Below, in pieces: positions 20,161-40,960 of a DNA stretch of 64,000 nt; the first letter of the stretch is position 1; each line of letters begins with the position of its first letter. Location: the NCBI RefSeq assembly GCF_009914755.1, contig NC_060942.1. One strand, 5' to 3'. A model generated the notes under the pieces. It made no database searches, was not told the origin of the DNA, and was given only the letters and a program-made list of their open reading frames with translations. The translations under genes and the position numbers were made by a program. The stretch is from the human T2T-CHM13v2.0 reference genome, Homo sapiens.

Positions 20161-21609
20161 TCAGAAAAAAAATGGAAAGTGACAAAAATGGTGAAGGGGG
20201 AGTAAATCCTGAGAAGACAAGAAGCCAGACAGTGCTGAGCTGACCCTGGACTTCCAAGCATGCCTTCCACATGGAGCGGGCTCTGGCCCTGCCCTTTTGT
20301 GTAGGGATTTCATCCTATACAGTTCACTGGTAAAATTAACTAGATTGGGCTTCTTTCTAGAATGAGTTGCATGGATGTTTTTAGGCTTGAGGTGAGAAAT
20401 CGAAATAGAGAAATTCAGATGGGTGGAATTACCTAACACTATCAAAAATCCTAGCTCCCACGCTGTTAATCCGGGTGACAGTCATAGGCTTTAGTGTCAC
20501 CAGCTTCAAAATAGCTCGGGTCAGCGTTGCCTGGGAGCTGCTGATTCAGGGCTGCCTGCGCAACTGTCGAGGTCTCCAGGAGCTCTGTTGTGCAGAGGTA
20601 TTCCAAACCCTCGGAACTGTCCTTGGCTGAACTGCCTACTCCCCCAGGCCTTCTGAGCTCTATTTGAAGAGCTTGCAATTTAAAGAAGTGAAGAACCAGC
20701 AAATACATAGGGGTGAAAATGAAAAACATTTTCTCCAGGGTTAAGCTAAGTCCTGGGGTTAAGACTTGTTAGTGGAGCCCACCTGCTATCCTTTTAAATA
20801 GATAAAAGACTTTTCAGTCTCTTACCGTGAAAAACTACATCCACTCCCCCGCCCCTGCCACTCTCCCACACCCTGCTTCCCCCACCCCCAAAACCCTATA
20901 ATTAAAAAGGCTCTTTTCAGACTGGAACACAATTCAAGCACAATCATTATGAAAACCCTGCCCTGTTTCAGTGGTTACTGACAACTCCCTTTGTGTAAAT
21001 CTCATTAAATCAAACCAGGGACTCTTATGTTTTTGTGTGTGACAATTTCTAGGAAGAGAAAGCTATGTGGATTTAAGAAATAATGTTGCAAATCTTAGGT
21101 ATGAGACTTCTTTGGATTAGAAAGTAATATTATTTATCTCTCTGAAGCCACTAACAAATCAACCATTAAAAATGGGTTATTGTCACCCAGCATCCTTTCT
21201 CTACCCTGGTCGTGTTCTCTATGTTTAATAGGAAGGGGAAACAGAGTGCTTTCCTTGATGGGCTATTTTATTTTCAGGCCTTTAAGAAGACAAATGAATG
21301 TACTAAAAATATTGCCTTAGAAAGTATTTTCAATTCATTTTCATGCTATACATGTTTGGTACTTACGAGCTATTTGCTTCTATTTGATAAGAAAAATGAT
21401 TCTTCTTCAAAACATACACAACAATGGGTTTTCTTTACACCCTGAAAAGCTTGAAAAGTAAAATGATTCTTATATCAAATTAAAGACAACAGTGAGATTC
21501 CCCTGAACCTTACAGAATAGCCTACAACATAGACTACTTACACATTTTTTCTGGGCATTGAAGTTGTGGTAGCTGTTAATTATCTTTTCTTTTCCTTTTA
21601 ATATTGTTA

Positions 21610-22803
<1,194 letters not shown>

Positions 22804-23682
22804 TTATTCCACATATTGTTGCAGAGCGTATCTCCCTTGTCTTTATCCTGCACCAGACTATAAGGTGTCATCCTTCTGGGTGCTCCCCCGGCCCCAGCAC
22901 ACTGCTCTGGCCACAATGCCCATGCGATGAAGAGAATCTTTTAGTATCAAGGAAGTATTGATGCCGGAGAATCTGCAGCTGTTGAGCCATGGTCAGATAC
23001 ACTTTGCAGAAAAAAAAAAATCACCTTCTGGTAGAATAATCTTCCAAGAGAGATAAATACATCAAGCATTAGATCAGAACCAGAAATATCTTTACCCTGA
23101 ATGAGATCTTGAAGACCTAGGAAAACCTTAGGAGGCTTAGGAGTGGAGAAAAAAAGAGTCTCAGACAAAGGGAGGAGGAAGGAGAGGGCAAAAGGGTGCA
23201 GGATTACAGGGCCACACCCTCGTGAGATTGCGTAGTGATTAGCCCAGTGATGATGAATATTTATGCAGACAATACTGATTATTTTACAAGGATTCATTTG
23301 AATAATCATGAATATGTTTCCATGCATTTGCACCTAATGGGATGGTTTGCAGTCTTTAATGAGGCATTGGCGCGTGTTTGAAGAGCAAGGGAGGGCAGAG
23401 AGATGGGAAAGAACAATGCAGGTCACAACGTTCATGCAGCATTTTCTTACTGTACTGACCTCTTGTCCCTGAAGTCCTGTCTGTAAAGAACGAGGTGGGA
23501 AATGTCTAAAGCATGCCTCGGGGTGCCTATCCGTGCATAGGCTAAAATGCTTTGCTGTTTCTTCTAAGCCTACTCTGCTCTTGAAGAGAGGGAAAACCTT
23601 GACGCTTTCTTTGACCTCTCAGGCCCTCCAGTTTCAGGAATTTTGCAAGGTCACATGGCTATACAATGGCAAAACCTTTTCC

Positions 23683-24083
<401 letters not shown>

Positions 24084-24299
24084 TCAGTGCTGGGTTGCGG
24101 GATTGTCCTACCCTAATTACTAATGGGCTGCTCCTTTCACTGGCAAAATTGTAACAGGGTTTTAAGTAATCTGTTTTGTTCAATGGTTTGAGGAGAGCAA
24201 CCGTTTGTTTCTTTTCCCTTCAGTCCCTTGCAAGATGTTAGTTTTTAAGGGAGAACTGGCAGGACGGCAGGGTTGGGGGAGCAGGAAAGGCCTGGAGGG

Positions 24300-24955
24300 A
24301 CAGGAGCATCTCTGTGACTTGCGGAGTAGCTCAGCGGGCGGGAGGAGCTGGGGCCGCAGGAGGACTCCCGAAGTGGATTAGTTTCAACCTTCACATACTG
24401 AGATGACTTGCATCGCAAGGAAGGCGGACCTGAAATCAGCCCGCAAAAGGCAGGGGCCTACACCGCAAGGCCCATTTAGTTAATTTCTACCAAGAGTCCC
24501 AAGCATGCTCGTATGGGCGGGACAGGCAAGGGGTGGCCAGCTGATCCCGCACCTGGAGCTGGGCCATTCCAGCTCTTCCCTTTCCGGTCTGCAATTTGAC
24601 CTTGGACGTGCCTTCTAGCTCTGCAAGCTTCCCCAGTTGGAGACTGGGCTGTGTGAGGCCGAAATGCAACTTAGGCTGTAGGCAAGTGCCTAGCCGGGGT
24701 GCAGACAAACACAAGGGAGCTATTATTAGGCAGTTTCTGTCGGCGGAAGCGGAATTGCAATCGGGTCGCCAGCTCCGCGGGAGAGGGAGCGGGGGCGGTA
24801 GGCGGCGGTTCAGCTGGCGGCTGCGTCCTTCCCCACGCGGGGATACACCTGCCACATCAGCTGGCACCTCCCGCGGGGAAAGGTTCTGGGTTCCTCACGG
24901 TCAAAGCAGGATTCCGACTGTAGTGTATTTTCCCAGGTTCTAAACTCACCGACCC
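24300..24955. promoter_or_regulatory. Small orphan CpG-rich element (enhancer/promoter-like)
   Basis: Non-repeat CpG cluster with CGGAAGCGGAA (ETS-like), GGGGGCGG (SP/KLF) and CAGCTG/CACCTG E-boxes. Confidence 0.6.
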
Positions 24956-25223
24956 CCCCTTGTGATTGACACATTCTTTCTTTAGATATGCTAATACCTT
25001 CAATTAGATTACTGTCTAGGCTTGCCTTGGCCGGCAGGCTTTGTCTCCTAAGGGGACTTTGCCCATCTCAGGCCTTTTACATTAGATTTTTTAATAGTTC
25101 ACCTCTAAGGAGGCACATAACCTTAATTCTTCAGTGGTATCTTAATCCGGATATTCCCAACCCCGACCTCGGTGCATCCATTCGCGTGTTCATTCAACAA
25201 AGGCTTCCTACTGTGACCTTAGG

Positions 25224-25499
25224 CTTTTTTTTTTTTTTTTTTTTTGAGACGGAGTATCAGTCTGTCACCCAGGCTGGAGGGCAACCTCCGCCTCCTGGAT
25301 TCAAGCAATTCTGTCTCAGCCTCCTGAGTAGCTGGAACTTCAGACACACGCCACCACGCCTGGCTAATTTTGTATTTTTGGTAGAGACAGGGTTTCACCA
25401 TGATGGCCAGGCTGGTCTCAAACTCCTAACCCTGGGTGATCCACCCGCCTTGGCCTCCCAAAGTGATGGGATTACAGTTGTGAGCCACCGCGCCTGGCC
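25224..25499 (-). mobile_element. AluS with deletion
   Basis: Antisense Alu. Confidence 0.85.
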
Positions 25500-25689
25500 C
25501 AGCTAATTTTTTTACACAGAAGAACCTCCATCTAATTTTCCGAATCTATGAACTGGGTTTTTCGGTGTCTCGTTATGAAGATGAAATAAAGTAATCCTTG
25601 AAGAAGGATTAAATGAGAAAAGCTTGAGTACCATAGTGTATGGTGTCTAGCAGGCACTCGATAAATGTGTTCAGTGGGTGAATGAATAA

Positions 25690-26553
<864 letters not shown>

Positions 26554-26943
26554 ATTGGAATATGGTAATCCCAGCTATTCAGGTAGCTGAAGAGGGAGAA
26601 TCGTTTGAGCCCAGGAGTTTGAGAGTTTGAGTCTGGCCTGGGCAACATAGTGGGACTCTAAAAAATATATATTTAAAAAAACAAAATAAAACTGGCGCCT
26701 GGAGGAAGAGGTAAAGGACTGCGATGACTCAGGGCTTTCAAGTTCAAACTCCAAATCCAGGAGTATGCAACACATCAGGGCGCCAGACTGCCTGGGATTG
26801 AGAGTGACTCCTTGCTTGAAAAAGTGACCTAACCTCATTTGCAAACTTGGCTCATCACAAGCCCCAAGTCGTAGGTTTGTGAGAGACAGTGGGTGAAATA
26901 ATTACAGAATGAACTACTTACAACAGTACCTGGCATAGAGTAA

Positions 26944-27495
<552 letters not shown>

Positions 27496-27977
27496 CCAGC
27501 AGAGCTAGCTGTTTAAAACACCGGGGAGGAATGCAGGGGGAGGGGGAAATTTACAAACCGCAGGATGATGTAAACTCCAGGAACTGCGAACTCCTCCTTT
27601 TATAATAGTTTAGTCATGGTCCTTGCAAATTTGGTTGATTGATTTCAATAGCTGATTAGAAAGCAGAAGCTGCCAAGCAGGTCCACTAGGAATGGCAGAA
27701 GCAGTAATTCCTTCTTCCAGGAGTACAGCTCGAGGAAAACTGTGGAAGTACCATAAGGAACAGAGGCAAGACCCCAGAAGTATAGCAAACTAGCAGATGG
27801 TGGCCATTTAGAACAGAGGGCAAGGGTCTTATGCATCCAAAGTACACTAAAGACTTCACTGTATTGTAGTACAATTATTGAGCACTTAAAGGCTCTGTTC
27901 AGATTCCAGCTTGCCCATTACAGTAGGAGGATGTTTCAGGAACTTGAGAAATAACATTATGTCGGACAATGGAATCA

Positions 27978-28280
<303 letters not shown>

Positions 28281-29297
28281 GCATACCTGACAATTTATTT
28301 GTATGAAGGCAGATGTTTTCTAGTGTGTTCCCTCCCTTAGTCCCCCGGGGAGTGGGGGGTAAGATTTGGGACAGGCAAAAGAAAAAGGAAATTTGGCTTC
28401 CCTCTGCATGAAAACTCTTAAAATTCAAACCTTAGCAAGAAGCATTTACTTTCTGCTGCTGGATAGAAAAGGGGTGCTTTTGGGGCTTTAACCTCCTTTC
28501 TGGCTTCCTGCCTCTGTAAAATGCCCATGAGAGGAATGCCGGGGGTCACAAGAGTTACTTAGCGAGTAAATATACATGAGTGATTGAGAGAGAATTACAA
28601 AGTCTCCTCTAAGTAATGGAGTCAAAACTAACAATACTCAGTTGTCAGAACATCTGATGGAGCTGCCCATACTATCACCCCAGACACAGCCAACTATTTT
28701 AAAGACGAGCCTTTGAGGACAATATCTGATGGATATAATTTGGTTTTCTAGCTTATGGGAACTGAGCTCAATGGACAGTAACAGTGAATGAAGTTGGAGG
28801 AAGGAAATGCAGTGATTATGGGTGGGGGATACTTGGCAAGGCAAGGAATGAATAGGGGTATGTTTAAAAAATTATTTTTACTTCCAAATTTATGGCTTAA
28901 TTTTGATTTGTGTTAGGATTTGTTAGCTGTTATTTGCCCGGGGTTTGGCAGTTTGGTATGTACTGGTGGTCTTAATCTGGTATCTGGACCAGAAAACAAA
29001 TGTTTGCATCCTTGGAATCCCCGTTACAATTGAAAAATTTCCGAGGAGACAGCCAAGGCCAGATGGGAATGCGGCATGGATTGCCCCGTTAGCACTTAAA
29101 TCCTCTGTTGGTGCAGTCTTGCTTTGTGTTTTCTTTCTTCATTCCTTAACACTTAGCAGTGCCCAGCCTGATAAGGACCCAGAACACTAGATGTTGGGGA
29201 TTAGAGCAGTGAATCCAATAGACCACACCTTTGCCACATCTGCTGAGGGCTGTTTGCATTATAATATGTAGGAAGGCATCACAGAGCAAGAGACTGA

Positions 29298-29868
<571 letters not shown>

Positions 29869-29869
29869 C

Positions 29870-30340
29870 CCTGAAGCGGGAGAACTGCTTGAGCCCAGGA
29901 ATTCAGAACCAGCCTGGGCAACATAGCAAGACCCCATCTCTACAAAAAAAATGTAAAAATCAGCTGGGCACAGTGGTGTGTGCATATAGTCCTGGTTACC
30001 CAGAAGGCTGAGGTGGGAGGATCACTTGAGCCCAGGAGTTCCAGGCTACAAAAATAAAAGAAGCCTCGCTGTGGTGGCTCACACCTGTAATCCCAACATT
30101 TTGGGAGGCCAAGGCAGGAGGATCGCCTGAGCCCAGGAGTTTGAGACAAACCTGGGCAACACAGTGAGACCCTGTCTCTCCAAAAAATTGGTTTAAATTA
30201 GCAAGGTGAAGTGATACATGCCTGTACTCCTGGCTACTCAGAAGGATGGCTTGAATCTGGGAGGTCAAGGCTACAGTGAGCTGTGATCACGCCACCCACC
30301 ACACTGCTATCTGGGTGACAGAGTGAGACCCCGTCTCAGA
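29870..30340 (+). mobile_element. Two AluJ-type pieces
   Basis: Sense Alu matches. Confidence 0.85.
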
Positions 30341-30472
30341 AAGAAAGAGAGAGAGAGAGGGAGGGAGGGAGGAAGGAAGGAAGGACAGACGGAAGGAAGG
30401 AAGGAAGGAAGGCAGGCAGGCAAAAAGGAAGAAAAAAGAAGGAGGAAGGAAGAAAGGGAGGGAAGGGAAAAA
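30338..30472 (+). repeat. Purine-rich (GA/GGGA/GGAA/GGCA) compound microsatellite
   Basis: Directly visible; derived from an Alu tail. Confidence 0.9.
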
Positions 30473-31103
30473 GTGCATATTTGCTATTTAAAGGACAATA
30501 ATAAAAAGGTGTTTTTTTTGTTTGTTTTTTGTTTTTTCTTCTGTGACGGGTTTCCTACAACAGAGACAGGGACAAACCAAGAAGTGTGGTGCCATTGAGT
30601 AACAGGCTGGTGGTGGAGGACAGAAGAGGAGGACCTACATTTTTGGACCTCCTGAGTTGGGAGTTGTGGGACACAATGCAATTCATTATGATCTGGAATT
30701 AGAGGAGAGATCCGATCTGGAAACATAGATGTGGAATCATCAGAATAGACCTGAGGCCCTGAGAGCAAATGTGTTTCTCCAAGAAATGCAGTTTTCGGAA
30801 AGATGAGGGCCAAAGATAGACCCTGGAGAACAGTCCATATTTCACAAAGGAATGCAGGAAAATTAGCCAAGGAGGAAGACTGAGAAGGAACGGCTTTATG
30901 GAAAGAGAGAAAGTTGTCTTGGAAGCTAAGGGAAGAGAATTTTAAGAATGGGCTGGTGTGCAGTGCTCCCTGCAGAATTTCCTAAGTAGGGGGAGTCTTT
31001 CAGTCTATAGAGTTATGTAGTTTCCCTGAGGGAGATAGCCAAAAAAGGGGCCAGGGGGTTATCCTATGCCCCAAGAGAAAGGGCCTCTATTCCTTTTAAC
31101 TTA

Positions 31104-31645
<542 letters not shown>

Positions 31646-31684
31646 TTAATGCTTCCTTCTCAAAGTTACTTAGTATTACTATTA

Positions 31685-33204
<1,520 letters not shown>

Positions 33205-33369
33205 GATATATTTTGTTGAGTTATCTATCTGATACTTGGAATGGGTTTATTCAGGGACACATATGTTTTATTTCCCCAAGTCTAGACTGTTGGTGAAGTG
33301 ACACCATAGAGTAGACGTATTTTTACAGTGCAGAGCAAATCTGAGCTTGTCCACTTACACAATTTTTCT

Positions 33370-36070
<2,701 letters not shown>

Positions 36071-36099
36071 AGAGGGCAGGTACTGTGGAGATGAATCTG

Positions 36100-36528
36100 G
36101 TGTGGGTGGGTGTCTCGGGCTGCGGTGCTGGAAACAGACCCTGAATAATCTTTGGAGATATAATTGTGAAGGACTGAGGAAGGCAGGATTAGAAAGGAGG
36201 AGTTGACCCACAGTGCTATGGTGATTGAGGCCTCAGCCAATTTACAGGGAGCTCTGGGGCTGGGATGGCCCTTCAGAGTTGGCCCAAATAAAGGCAAGAG
36301 GGCCAAGTTTTTCTATCTCTACATCAGCCAGATGTTGGCTGCTTCTTGGAAGTGGGTGTAGCCTTGGGCAAGACAGTTTCCAAGAACTGTCACAAGACGG
36401 TGGCCAAAGCAATTTGCAGTGAGGGAGTCAGCTGTGAGTAGTCGGCAGCCAATATTCTTAGCAGCTAGGGGATGAGGGTGTATACTCTGAAGAGAGAACC
36501 TAGACAAAACACTACTGTATCCACTACA
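36100..36528 (-). mobile_element. LTR16 (ERVL) solo LTR
   Basis: Ends ...atccactaca (reverse of TGTAGTGGAT); gagtcagctgtgag and gagctctggggctgggatggcccttcagag motifs. Confidence 0.75.
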
Positions 36529-39500
36529 ATAGCAAAAGAGCTTAGGTTTAATTGGGGACATATTTACTTTTAGGTGCCTCTGGGTTCATTATCCATTCCT
36601 TAGTTCACTGATAATTAATGTCAGTTATGGGATGTACAAAGCATTGTGCCAAGTGGTGGTGATGGCAGGGATGATGAGGGCAGGATGGGAAGATGAAGTC
36701 AATATTAGCGCATGCATAGTGCTCAGGGTAGTGTCTGCACTGCAGGAGACCAGTGAGATTCCTTCTCAGGAGGAACTGGGTCCCCATTTCCTGTGTGTTC
36801 CCTTCTCCTTCAGGTAGGCCCTCAAAGGATTAAGCCTTTTCCTTTCTCAGATACCTCCCTAGGTTCTTCTTCTTTCTCTTCCCCTCCTCTAGGACTTAGA
36901 GAGCAGAGAACAAACCCAAACACAAGTTTCTTTTAAGGAAGCCCAGATGTAATATAAAAAAGTTACAAAGGGTTAGGAAATCTTATAAAGTTCTCTACAG
37001 ATTTCTCCTTTGGCCCAGTTTCTGCAGATGAATCTTTACCAGGATCCCAATCCCCGTACTTCTGGCTCTCCTTTGACTCCTGAAGGGAGGGCTCATAGAA
37101 ACTACCCACTTTTCTCTGTCCCTACCCTTCTCAACTCTTTCCTTGGACAAGGCCAGCTTTCCAGCATTTAGGCCTTCAGAGACAGCAGGAGGTAAGGATT
37201 AGTGGATTCATCCAGTAGCCAGGACCTAGGAGGTCATTCAAATATCGAGGGGCCTCCTAAATAATGCCCAATGCTGAGCCCAACCCCCACCCGCTTCGGG
37301 TCTCTCGGTTAAAGGCCTTTGCAGGCATTTCCAAACTGAGGTTCAGAAAAGGAGAGGTGGTTTTGCCACAGAAATCTATGAAATCACGAACAAAGGATAA
37401 GGGGAATCCTCTACAGTCTATTTCTGGCAGGCTAATAATAATTTAAACTTGGTTATGATTTCTTTCAAGCGTATGTTTTTGAATATAAAAAAACCTGATT
37501 CTATCCATATTTTGATGTTCTTAAAAAGAAAAGGTAGACTTTTGTTTTTTCCTTTTTCTTTGCTGGCTACCCTGCTACAAATCTTTAAATTATGGTGCTA
37601 GGATTGAAAGGTGTAATAATTTCTTTAAAAAGAAGCTAACACATTTAATATATTAATCTCTCTATAAACCCCTAGGCTTAGCTTGGTTTCAAGCTAAAAA
37701 TGTGTAGTTCAAGGCATGAGACTGCTCGGTTTAGTAGTTAGTTCCACAGGGCCTCTGGATGGTGAGATAAAGAAAAGGTGTTTCCTTTTTTCCTTCCACT
37801 GTCCCTCCAGGAACACACCTTTTGTGCGCTCTACCTAACACACGAATTTCCTAATTTCATAAGGGCATTTGGAGGGAAAGTATGATGATATTTACAGGCT
37901 TCTGCAAAGCCGGCTTCCAGCCACAAAAGATTAAAGAAAAAAGCTAGGATTTTGCAATACACTGATTGGAGGAAAAGCCAAGACATTGAGAGTTAGCAAT
38001 AAAAACAGCAACAACAAAATCGCAAAGGGTTTGGAATTCCTTTAGTTTCTATTTGGCATAAGAATCATATGATTTCTTTGTTCTGCCCTTCCTTATCGAC
38101 TGCACTCAAATGATAGTTTTATTTCATTCTTGCAGTCGAGTGACTGATTCTATTGTTGCTCAAAGCAGAGAGGTGCACAAGAGAGCCTTACATATGTAGA
38201 ATAATAGAATGAACCTTTTTGTATTGTGTTTTTGGAAGAGGGGTAGTGTCCGCTTAAAAAAAAAACAACCCAGAATAAATGCTGTCTTTTCAGCTGTGAA
38301 ATTTAGTGATTTTGCAAAATGGACTAAGACGGGTGCTTTGCTTTTAACTACTGGTCTACCTGGCAAAGGGGTTTCTCTGAAATCCTCTTTACAAAAATAG
38401 AACTGAGATAACTTGCAATAAAATATCTTTTACTTTTTGTTTATGATATTTAAAAGCAGATGCAATGTTATTTGTTGCCATTTGTGCAAATGATCAATTG
38501 TGCTTCTAGACCAAATTTCTTCCAGCCGAGGCTCCGGCTAAATCACTGGGCTTTGTACAAAGCCCTGCTCAAAAAAGTGTTTGGCATGATGAAGCCACGA
38601 GGCAGTTGTATAGCTGAAGGCTCTTTATGATAAGCATTTCAGACTTTAGTTTTGGTAGTACAACTCTTGTAACCATTCAAGTGCTGCTTTGCTGTCATTT
38701 CAACTCTTAAAAGAAGGGAATGGGGGAGGGGCAAGAGAGTCTTTTAAGTAAACAAAGATCCCAAATCCATGAAACCTAGGATTTATCATGGTATGTACAT
38801 TATGAAATTCCATATATTGTAAACTGTGTAGCATGTCAAGATTTCACATTAGCAGGTCCTAGTGTACTCTTCAATGCACATACGGTTTTTATATGCATAT
38901 TAATAAAGGCCCATCTTTGGGAGAAGAAAAAAGGCTCCCTTTCAAATGAAATCAAGCCCAGGTAAAGCTGAAACCCAACCCACAGAGTACTGGCACCGTT
39001 TTCAGGCCAAAAGAAGACAAGGGTTTCAATTTCATCATCTTGTAATGCTGATAAATGCGATGCTGTGACTGGCAAAATTTGCAGATTACATAGGTCTTTC
39101 TAAACGTGTGTAAATATGCAAATATGTATTCCAATTTATGTGCAATTCCAAACAATTTGCTGTTTGAAATTAAAGACCAACAACTCTTCTGTGAGACAAT
39201 AATTCGGGTCATTTACATGAAAAGTCTTAAACAGCAAAAATGCTACTTGCAATTTACATCATACAGTGCTCCCATCACAGAGAACAATGGCTTCCTCAAT
39301 GGAAGTTAACGCAGTAGAGAGGTATACTGAGATTTTTTTTTTAACTTTTCAGCACAGTTTGCAAATACTAACCAATGAATCAAATTTAAAATAAAATAGA
39401 AATGTTTCTTATGCTTGGTCATCACTGCTACTTGAGTGTTATTTTTGTGTCTTCAGATTCCTATCAAACAGGAGTGAACCTTTTTAACAGGTTATGGTGA

Positions 39501-39999
39501 CATTTTTTCAGCTCCTTCCATTTTGTCCTATTTCCAGTGTCAGCACAATTAGCTTGACTTGGGGGTTTCTGTCTGGTTTTAAAAACCTTTCAATGGAGTG
39601 CACGTCTGTGAACAATAAAGGAACGAGGACACGGGGCTGGGAAAACAGCATACCTCATCTGGAATGGAAATCTATCGTCTCTCGCCCTTGCACGGGTCAC
39701 GATTATACACCTTCGTGACCTTTAGCGGGCTTACATATGTATCTTTTTGTGTTCCGCAGGCTATGACCACCTGCTGTATGTACAATATGTGCTTGTTACA
39801 TTTGTACACCATCTCCCTTCTAGAATTTAAAGACCTAGCTATTACATCTTGTTTACTCAATATCATTCCCCCATTAAGGAAAAAAAAAAACCTACATGAA
39901 CTGAACATGCCATGTTTCAATCTGGCCCCAGTGGCTTTTTCTCTGAAAGCAAACGTGTGTCTTTTACACCAGGGCTTTCTCCCCACCCCAGGGGGTGTC

Positions 40000-40246
40000 T
40001 TCCATCCTTTTGTGGCTCAGTTGAAGGCGAAAAGGGCTCCAAACCACTAACTAACCAGAGGAGAGCCCCTTCTTCCACCTCCAGGGAGAATTTCAGATTT
40101 AATTTGTCCGAAGATAGCGTGCTCTCTTCTTACTCATTTGCCATCATTACGAGGAAAACAAACCACCACCTTGGCTTCAAGATCCTGGGTAGAGGCTCAC
40201 GGTCTTTTCAACCATCTTTGGCGAGGCCTTGCTTCCTTCCACTCGA
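40000..40246 (+). other. ZNF532: Non-coding first exon (1a) of ZNF532; 5' boundary approximate
   Basis: Ends at a consensus donor CTCGA|GTAAGT (GT at 40247) at the edge of the CpG island. The join to 42539 gives CACTCGA|GGTATGTTCTG, which matches my recollection of the ZNF532 mRNA 5'UTR (not database-checked). Confidence 0.7.
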
Positions 40247-40586
40247 GTAAGTCGCGGCTTGGGGCCACGGAAAGGACTGGGTGAGAGCCCGCAATGTCGT
40301 TGGAAAAAAGCAGCCCTCCCTGCGCCCCCTCACCAGCCCCACCACCCCGCTCCACTCCCGGGGCGAAGCCGCGAGCCAGCGGCCCCGTATGGGCGAGACT
40401 TGGCAGGTCCGCGGGGCGCCTTCTCGCCGCCGCCGGACTCGGGGCTCCGCAGCGGCCGGGCGTCGGCGCCCGCCGGCCGCGGGGCTTCGCGCTGCCGCCG
40501 CCCGGCTCCCGGAGCCTCCCTTCCCCCACCGGCCGCCCCCTCCCCCTCGCCCGCGCTCCCTTTTGTTCGCTCGCCGCCCGGGCCGA

Positions 40587-40900
40587 GCCGCCGCCGCCGC
40601 CGCCGCCCGGGCCCGCACCCCCAGCCGTAGGCCCCGGCGTGGCGGGCCGGCCGCCGCCGCCGCCGCGCGGCCTAGAGCGCGGTGCCCGGGGAGGCGCGGG
40701 GCCCGGGCCGGGCGCTGGCGAGGCCCGGCGGCGGCGGCGGCGGCGGCCGGGGAGCCCGGGAGGCGGCGGCGGCGGCGAGGCCGCTCCACCGCACACGCAC
40801 ACACAGACCCCGGCAGCGGGAACGCAGATGACACGCCCGTAACATGGAAGCCGCCGCCGCCGCCGCTCCGACGACAGCAGCAGCAGCCACAGCAGCAGCC
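40587..40900. repeat. Cluster of GCC/CGG/CAG trinucleotide tracts
   Basis: GCC runs ~40587-40607, 40651-40665 and 40850-40866; (CGG)7 at 40726-40746; GGC run 40762-40776; CAG/GCA runs 40875-40897. Confidence 0.9.
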
Positions 40901-40960
40901 GCCGGCGGCGCCGCGCTGAACAAAGGTCATCCGAGCTGCGGCCCAGACGCCCGGGCTTGA
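40844..40960 (+). CDS. Putative poly-Ala micro-ORF, MEAAAAAAPTTAAAATAAAAGGAALNKGHPSCGPDARA* (38 aa)
   Basis: aacATGG strong Kozak context (A-3, G+4) immediately before GCC/GCA repeats; TGA 40958-40960. Confidence 0.3.
   Translation: MEAAAAAAPTTAAAATAAAAGGAALNKGHPSCGPDARA

Noticed and set aside
20617-20631. REST/RE1-like motif (minus TTCAGCCAAGGACAG)
   Set aside because: Two bases short, with a broken left half-site compared with TTCAGCACCACGGACAG.
23246-23280. C-box (GTGATGA) and D-box (CTGA) pair suggesting a snoRNA
   Set aside because: Only ~30 nt apart, no terminal stem, and not in an evident host intron.
30370-30412. GGAA microsatellite as an EWS-FLI1 response element
   Set aside because: Interrupted, with at most about five consecutive GGAA units.
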